This document shows, piece by piece, positions 60,480 to 64,000 of a stretch of DNA of 64,000 nucleotides (positions within the stretch are counted from its first letter, which is position 1; every line of letters begins with the position of its first letter). Position numbers and translations under genes: made by a program. A model generated the notes under the pieces. It was given only the letters and a program-made list of their open reading frames with translations. It did no database searches and had not been told where the DNA came from. The stretch lies in the NCBI GenBank assembly GCA_963707635.1, contig OY970173.1:2816001-2880000 (forward strand), given 5' to 3'. The DNA is from Candidatus Latescibacterota bacterium. GTDB taxonomy: Bacteria > Krumholzibacteriota > Krumholzibacteriia > WVZY01 > JAKEHA01.

Positions 60480-62081
60480 ATGCGGATTCGTTCAACAACG
60501 GTGCTGTGGATGGCCCTCGTGGCCGCGCTGGGCGCGTGCTCGCAGTCGGCGGGCCCGGAGCCCGGTCCCTCGGGCGGTTGCGTGACCGACCTCTCGTGCG
60601 CGTTCAGCCAGGAGTGCGACGGCACGGGGTGCGGTCCGATGGAGCCGGGGCTGTATCCGCACATCCAGACCGCGTCGGCGCTGTTTCGCCCCTACGTCGA
60701 CAACAGTGAGCTCGCGTGGCGCGCGAGCCACTACGACCTGTTGATCGGCCAGGCGAGGGCGGACGAGATTCGCGCCTTCAACCCCCGCGCGCGAATATTC
60801 GACTACATTAACACGCGCTACCTGGTGATGGACGTCGCCGCCTACGTGTGGGCGCAGGCACACGGGTACGACAACGAGGACTTCTATCTCCATTACAAGG
60901 AAGACACCGCGGTGCCCACCTGGGAGAGTACGGTGCTCGTGCCGGGATTCCCGCCCGGCATCGTGCCCGGCTACAACCCCGGCGGCGGCGGCAACCCCGC
61001 GTCTGCGACCACGCGCCCCCAGTCCCGCGTTCCCGGGTTCGCATCCGCTTCCGGCACATCGACGCCGTGGTACCTCGCGAACGTCGACCACCCCGGCTAC
61101 CGGCGGTTCCTGCGCGACCACGTCGAAGGCCTGATCGACGGGACCTACTGGTTCACCGGATTCGCGACCGGGCCGATCGACGGAGTTCTCTGCGACAACG
61201 CGATTTTCTACTCGGCGTTCAACGAAGGCGTCATCGAGCACTCGACCGAGTACTACGGCACGCCGATGACCGACAACCACCCCTACCCGGTGGCCTACGA
61301 GACGCTGTACCCGGAGCTGGCCCAGGGTGTGCTCGACCAGACCGGGCGCACGGCCGACCTCATGCCCAACTACGGGCACGTGTTCTTCCTGAATTATCCC
61401 AACCGGTCCGCCATCGGCGTGCAGGCGACGACGCCGTGGATCTGGGGCGAGGTGTGGGTGACGTACACCGGCGTGTGGTCGCCGACGACCGGGGGCAACC
61501 GCTGCATCACCTACGAGTACGACTACGTGAACGCCGTGAGCAAGATCGTCGAGCAGACGCGGGCGGGCGGGCGCCGCATCCTGGGCGCGCGCGACCTCGC
61601 GAGCGGCACGGCGGGAACCGACCGCGGCAAGCTGTTCACGCTCGGGCTCTACTACCTGGTCCACAACTCGCACACGTACTACATGTACGAAACCGTCGGC
61701 GGCCACCAGTACGCCACCCCGATCGCGAACTGGGCGTGGAATTCCGCCGTGACCTACGACGTCGGTCAGCCCGACGTGATTCCCAACGGCGCGGTGGACT
61801 TCCAGGGACACGCGAACACGAAGGAGCACTACGTCTTCGCAACCGGAAGCGACCCGTACAACTCAGCGCTGACCTACCGCGTGCTCGCCCGGCGCTTCAC
61901 CAACGCGCTGGTGCTGGTCAAGATGCTGCCCAACGGTTCCGTCACCGACGACCGCAGCCTCACGACGCACGCGCTGGGCGGCTCTTACGCGGTGCTCAAC
62001 GCGGACGGATCCCTCGGCGCCGTCGTCACGCACGCGCAAATTCGCAACAACGAAGCGCTGATCCTGATTTCCCTCGACTGA
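60480..62081 (+). CDS. Lipoprotein, possible glycoside hydrolase-like TIM-barrel protein
   Basis: Lipobox LGAC; aromatic-rich; DGVLCDN; ..RRFTNALVLV C-terminal pattern. Function tentative. Confidence 0.55.
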   Translation: MRIRSTTVLWMALVAALGACSQSAGPEPGPSGGCVTDLSCAFSQECDGTGCGPMEPGLYPHIQTASALFRPYVDNSELAWRASHYDLLIGQARADEIRAFNPRARIFDYINTRYLVMDVAAYVWAQAHGYDNEDFYLHYKEDTAVPTWESTVLVPGFPPGIVPGYNPGGGGNPASATTRPQSRVPGFASASGTSTPWYLANVDHPGYRRFLRDHVEGLIDGTYWFTGFATGPIDGVLCDNAIFYSAFNEGVIEHSTEYYGTPMTDNHPYPVAYETLYPELAQGVLDQTGRTADLMPNYGHVFFLNYPNRSAIGVQATTPWIWGEVWVTYTGVWSPTTGGNRCITYEYDYVNAVSKIVEQTRAGGRRILGARDLASGTAGTDRGKLFTLGLYYLVHNSHTYYMYETVGGHQYATPIANWAWNSAVTYDVGQPDVIPNGAVDFQGHANTKEHYVFATGSDPYNSALTYRVLARRFTNALVLVKMLPNGSVTDDRSLTTHALGGSYAVLNADGSLGAVVTHAQIRNNEALILISLD

Positions 62082-62192
62082 TCCACGAGAGAGGCCCGAC
62101 GGTCATCGTTCGCCCCCTTTGACGTTGACCGCGGCGCCGGACCGCGCGTACACTTCGCGTGCCGCTCCGTCAGGTCGACCACTTATTTCCGT

Positions 62193-63761
62193 ATGGAAAA
62201 CCTCATCCGGTGGTCCCGGCTTCGCCTGCTCCGAACAACGCTTCTGGTCGCCTGTCTTTCGTGCGCCCACCTCGAAACGGTCGAGCGAAAGAACTACGAG
62301 CCCGGCGAATTCTACATGGTTCCGCAGCTGGATACGGCCAACCTGTCCCACTCGTCGCCGTTTCTGAAGGTCCACATGCGCAACGGGGACGTCTACATTC
62401 TCGAGCGCTGGTCGGTGGCCGAACTCATCGTGACCGGATACGGCTGCCGGCTCGACGCGGTGCGCGACACGGTGGCAATGGGCGATTTCGTGGTGGGCGT
62501 CGATTCCGTCGCCATCATTGAGACCAACGTCGTGTCGGGAGCGTCCGCCGTCGCCCCGCTTGCATTCATGACCGGTGTCACGGCCGGGGTGGGGGCGTTA
62601 TGCCTTACCAATCCCAAGGCCTGCTTCGGCTCGTGCCCGACATTCTATCTTCCCGACGAGGATCGGGACCGACCGCGTGCCGAAGGCTTCTCGTCCAGCA
62701 TCACTCCGTCGCTGGAGGCCGCCGACGTCGATGACCTGCGCCGCGTCGCCGGCTCGGGGGAGCGGGTCGACCTCGAGATGCGCAACGAAGCGCTCGAAAC
62801 CCACGTGGTCCGCCACGCCGACGTGATCGCGGTGCCCCGGGCGCCGGGCCACCGCACGCTGGCGGACGCGGCCGGGCGGTTTTGGAACGCGGCGGCCTTC
62901 GCAACCCCCACCGCCGCTCGCGGTCCGGAAGGCGATTGCCTCGAACTGGTCGCGCGTCTGGACGGACGCGAACGGCGAAGCGACACCGACTCGACCAACC
63001 TCGGCGCGCACGAACTCGTGGTGCTCGAGTTCGCCGGCCTCGAACCGGGCCGCTACGGAGCGGTGATCGGCTGCCGTCAGAGTCTCCTGACGACATTCCT
63101 GCTCTATCAGACCTACGCATACATGGGACGCGCCGCGGGGTACTGGATCGCCGAGATCGAACGAGGGCACATCCAGATGTCGGCAGAACTCATCGCGCGT
63201 CTCGCCGGGTGCATCGAGGTTCGCGTGGAGGACGGGCACGGTGTCTCGACCGACGCCGGCGAGGTCTGCGAGTTCGGCCCGATCGCCACCGACGTGCACG
63301 TGGTCCCCATCGCAGGGGAGATCGGCGAATCGGTGCGGGTCACACTCGACATGACGCGCGGCAACTGGCGCCTCGACTGGGTCGGCCTCGCTCGCCTGGA
63401 AGAGAGCGCAGCCCCCGTTCGCATCCGCCCCGAGGCGGTATGGAACGCGGGCGAAAAGGATTCCGACGCGCTGGACGCGCTCCTCGACCCCGCGCGCGCG
63501 TTCACGACGCTGCCGGGAGACCGCGTCTCGCTGACCTACCGGATGCCGGGCGGCAACGACGAGTTCGACCTGTTCCTGGAAACCCGGGGTTACTACCTCG
63601 AATGGATCCGCGAGGAATGGGTGGCCGATGAGAGTCCCACGCTCTTGATGGAGATGTTCATGATGCCCGACCAGGCGCTGGTGCGGCTTGCGCCCGCTTT
63701 CAAACGCGTCGAGGGGCGCATGGAGGAGCAGTTCTGGAGCAGTCGCTATGCGAAGCCGTAG
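62193..63761 (+). CDS. Hypothetical exported/lipoprotein with GSCP motif
   Basis: Signal-like LVACLSC; CFGSCPTFY; GYYLEW.R.EW; GC3-rich codon use. Confidence 0.65.
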   Translation: MENLIRWSRLRLLRTTLLVACLSCAHLETVERKNYEPGEFYMVPQLDTANLSHSSPFLKVHMRNGDVYILERWSVAELIVTGYGCRLDAVRDTVAMGDFVVGVDSVAIIETNVVSGASAVAPLAFMTGVTAGVGALCLTNPKACFGSCPTFYLPDEDRDRPRAEGFSSSITPSLEAADVDDLRRVAGSGERVDLEMRNEALETHVVRHADVIAVPRAPGHRTLADAAGRFWNAAAFATPTAARGPEGDCLELVARLDGRERRSDTDSTNLGAHELVVLEFAGLEPGRYGAVIGCRQSLLTTFLLYQTYAYMGRAAGYWIAEIERGHIQMSAELIARLAGCIEVRVEDGHGVSTDAGEVCEFGPIATDVHVVPIAGEIGESVRVTLDMTRGNWRLDWVGLARLEESAAPVRIRPEAVWNAGEKDSDALDALLDPARAFTTLPGDRVSLTYRMPGGNDEFDLFLETRGYYLEWIREEWVADESPTLLMEMFMMPDQALVRLAPAFKRVEGRMEEQFWSSRYAKP

Positions 63762-64000
63762 CGCGCGCGCGACGCGCGACGCCGTCCTCCTGGCACTCGC
63801 GGTCACACTCGGCGCATGCGCGAGCACGCCGGCGCCGCGGGGGTGGCTGCCGGATGCGCGCCAGTCTCAGCGGGACGCGCACGGCGCGTGGGTGAATGTC
63901 GAGTACAGCGACTGGACCCAAAACGTCCACGCGGTGTGGGGCGAGCTGATCGCGTCGCACGACGACTCGCTGTTTGTGGCCACGCTGCAGGGTCTTCGCG
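63748..64000 (+). CDS. Hypothetical lipoprotein (partial)
   Basis: ATG overlapping the previous gene; AVLLALAVTLGAC lipobox; open to the window end. Confidence 0.55.
   Translation, partial: MRSRSARATRDAVLLALAVTLGACASTPAPRGWLPDARQSQRDAHGAWVNVEYSDWTQNVHAVWGELIASHDDSLFVATLQGLR

Overview
High-GC bacterial chromosomal window. Many secreted proteins end in a PNPFN/FlgD-Ig-like domain or a short 'WG-x-x-KALY' tail, which suggests an FCB-group organism such as Krumholzibacteriota/Latescibacterota (inference). Housekeeping content: tmRNA (ssrA), five tRNAs (Lys-CTT, His-GTG, Arg-TCT, Pro-TGG, Leu-CAG), tyrA, trmB, ssb, greA, the smpB-amidase-GerMN-murI-rph-rdgB-ABC run, a TRAP/TatT transporter and glycosyltransferases. 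The most striking structure is two integrase-less tandem arrays of single-gene cassettes stacked behind the 3' ends of RNA genes. (1) Behind ssrA, two ~175-bp att-like modules each begin with the tmRNA 3' end and each delimit one secreted-protein gene; short tandem tmRNA-end/hairpin repeats lie at both ends of the array. (2) Behind tRNA-Lys, four copies of tRNA-3'-end plus terminator separate three unrelated cargo genes. Other notable loci: an orphan PltL/PltF/PltE-like pyrrole triad, a C39-RimK-GCS2-amidohydrolase operon, an ECF sigma/Ser-Thr kinase pair, a truncated-globin-like lipoprotein lacking the proximal His, and a duplicated inverted intergenic stem-loop. Seven or eight single-base frameshifts look like sequencing errors. 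All calls come from reading motifs by eye; no database searches were run.
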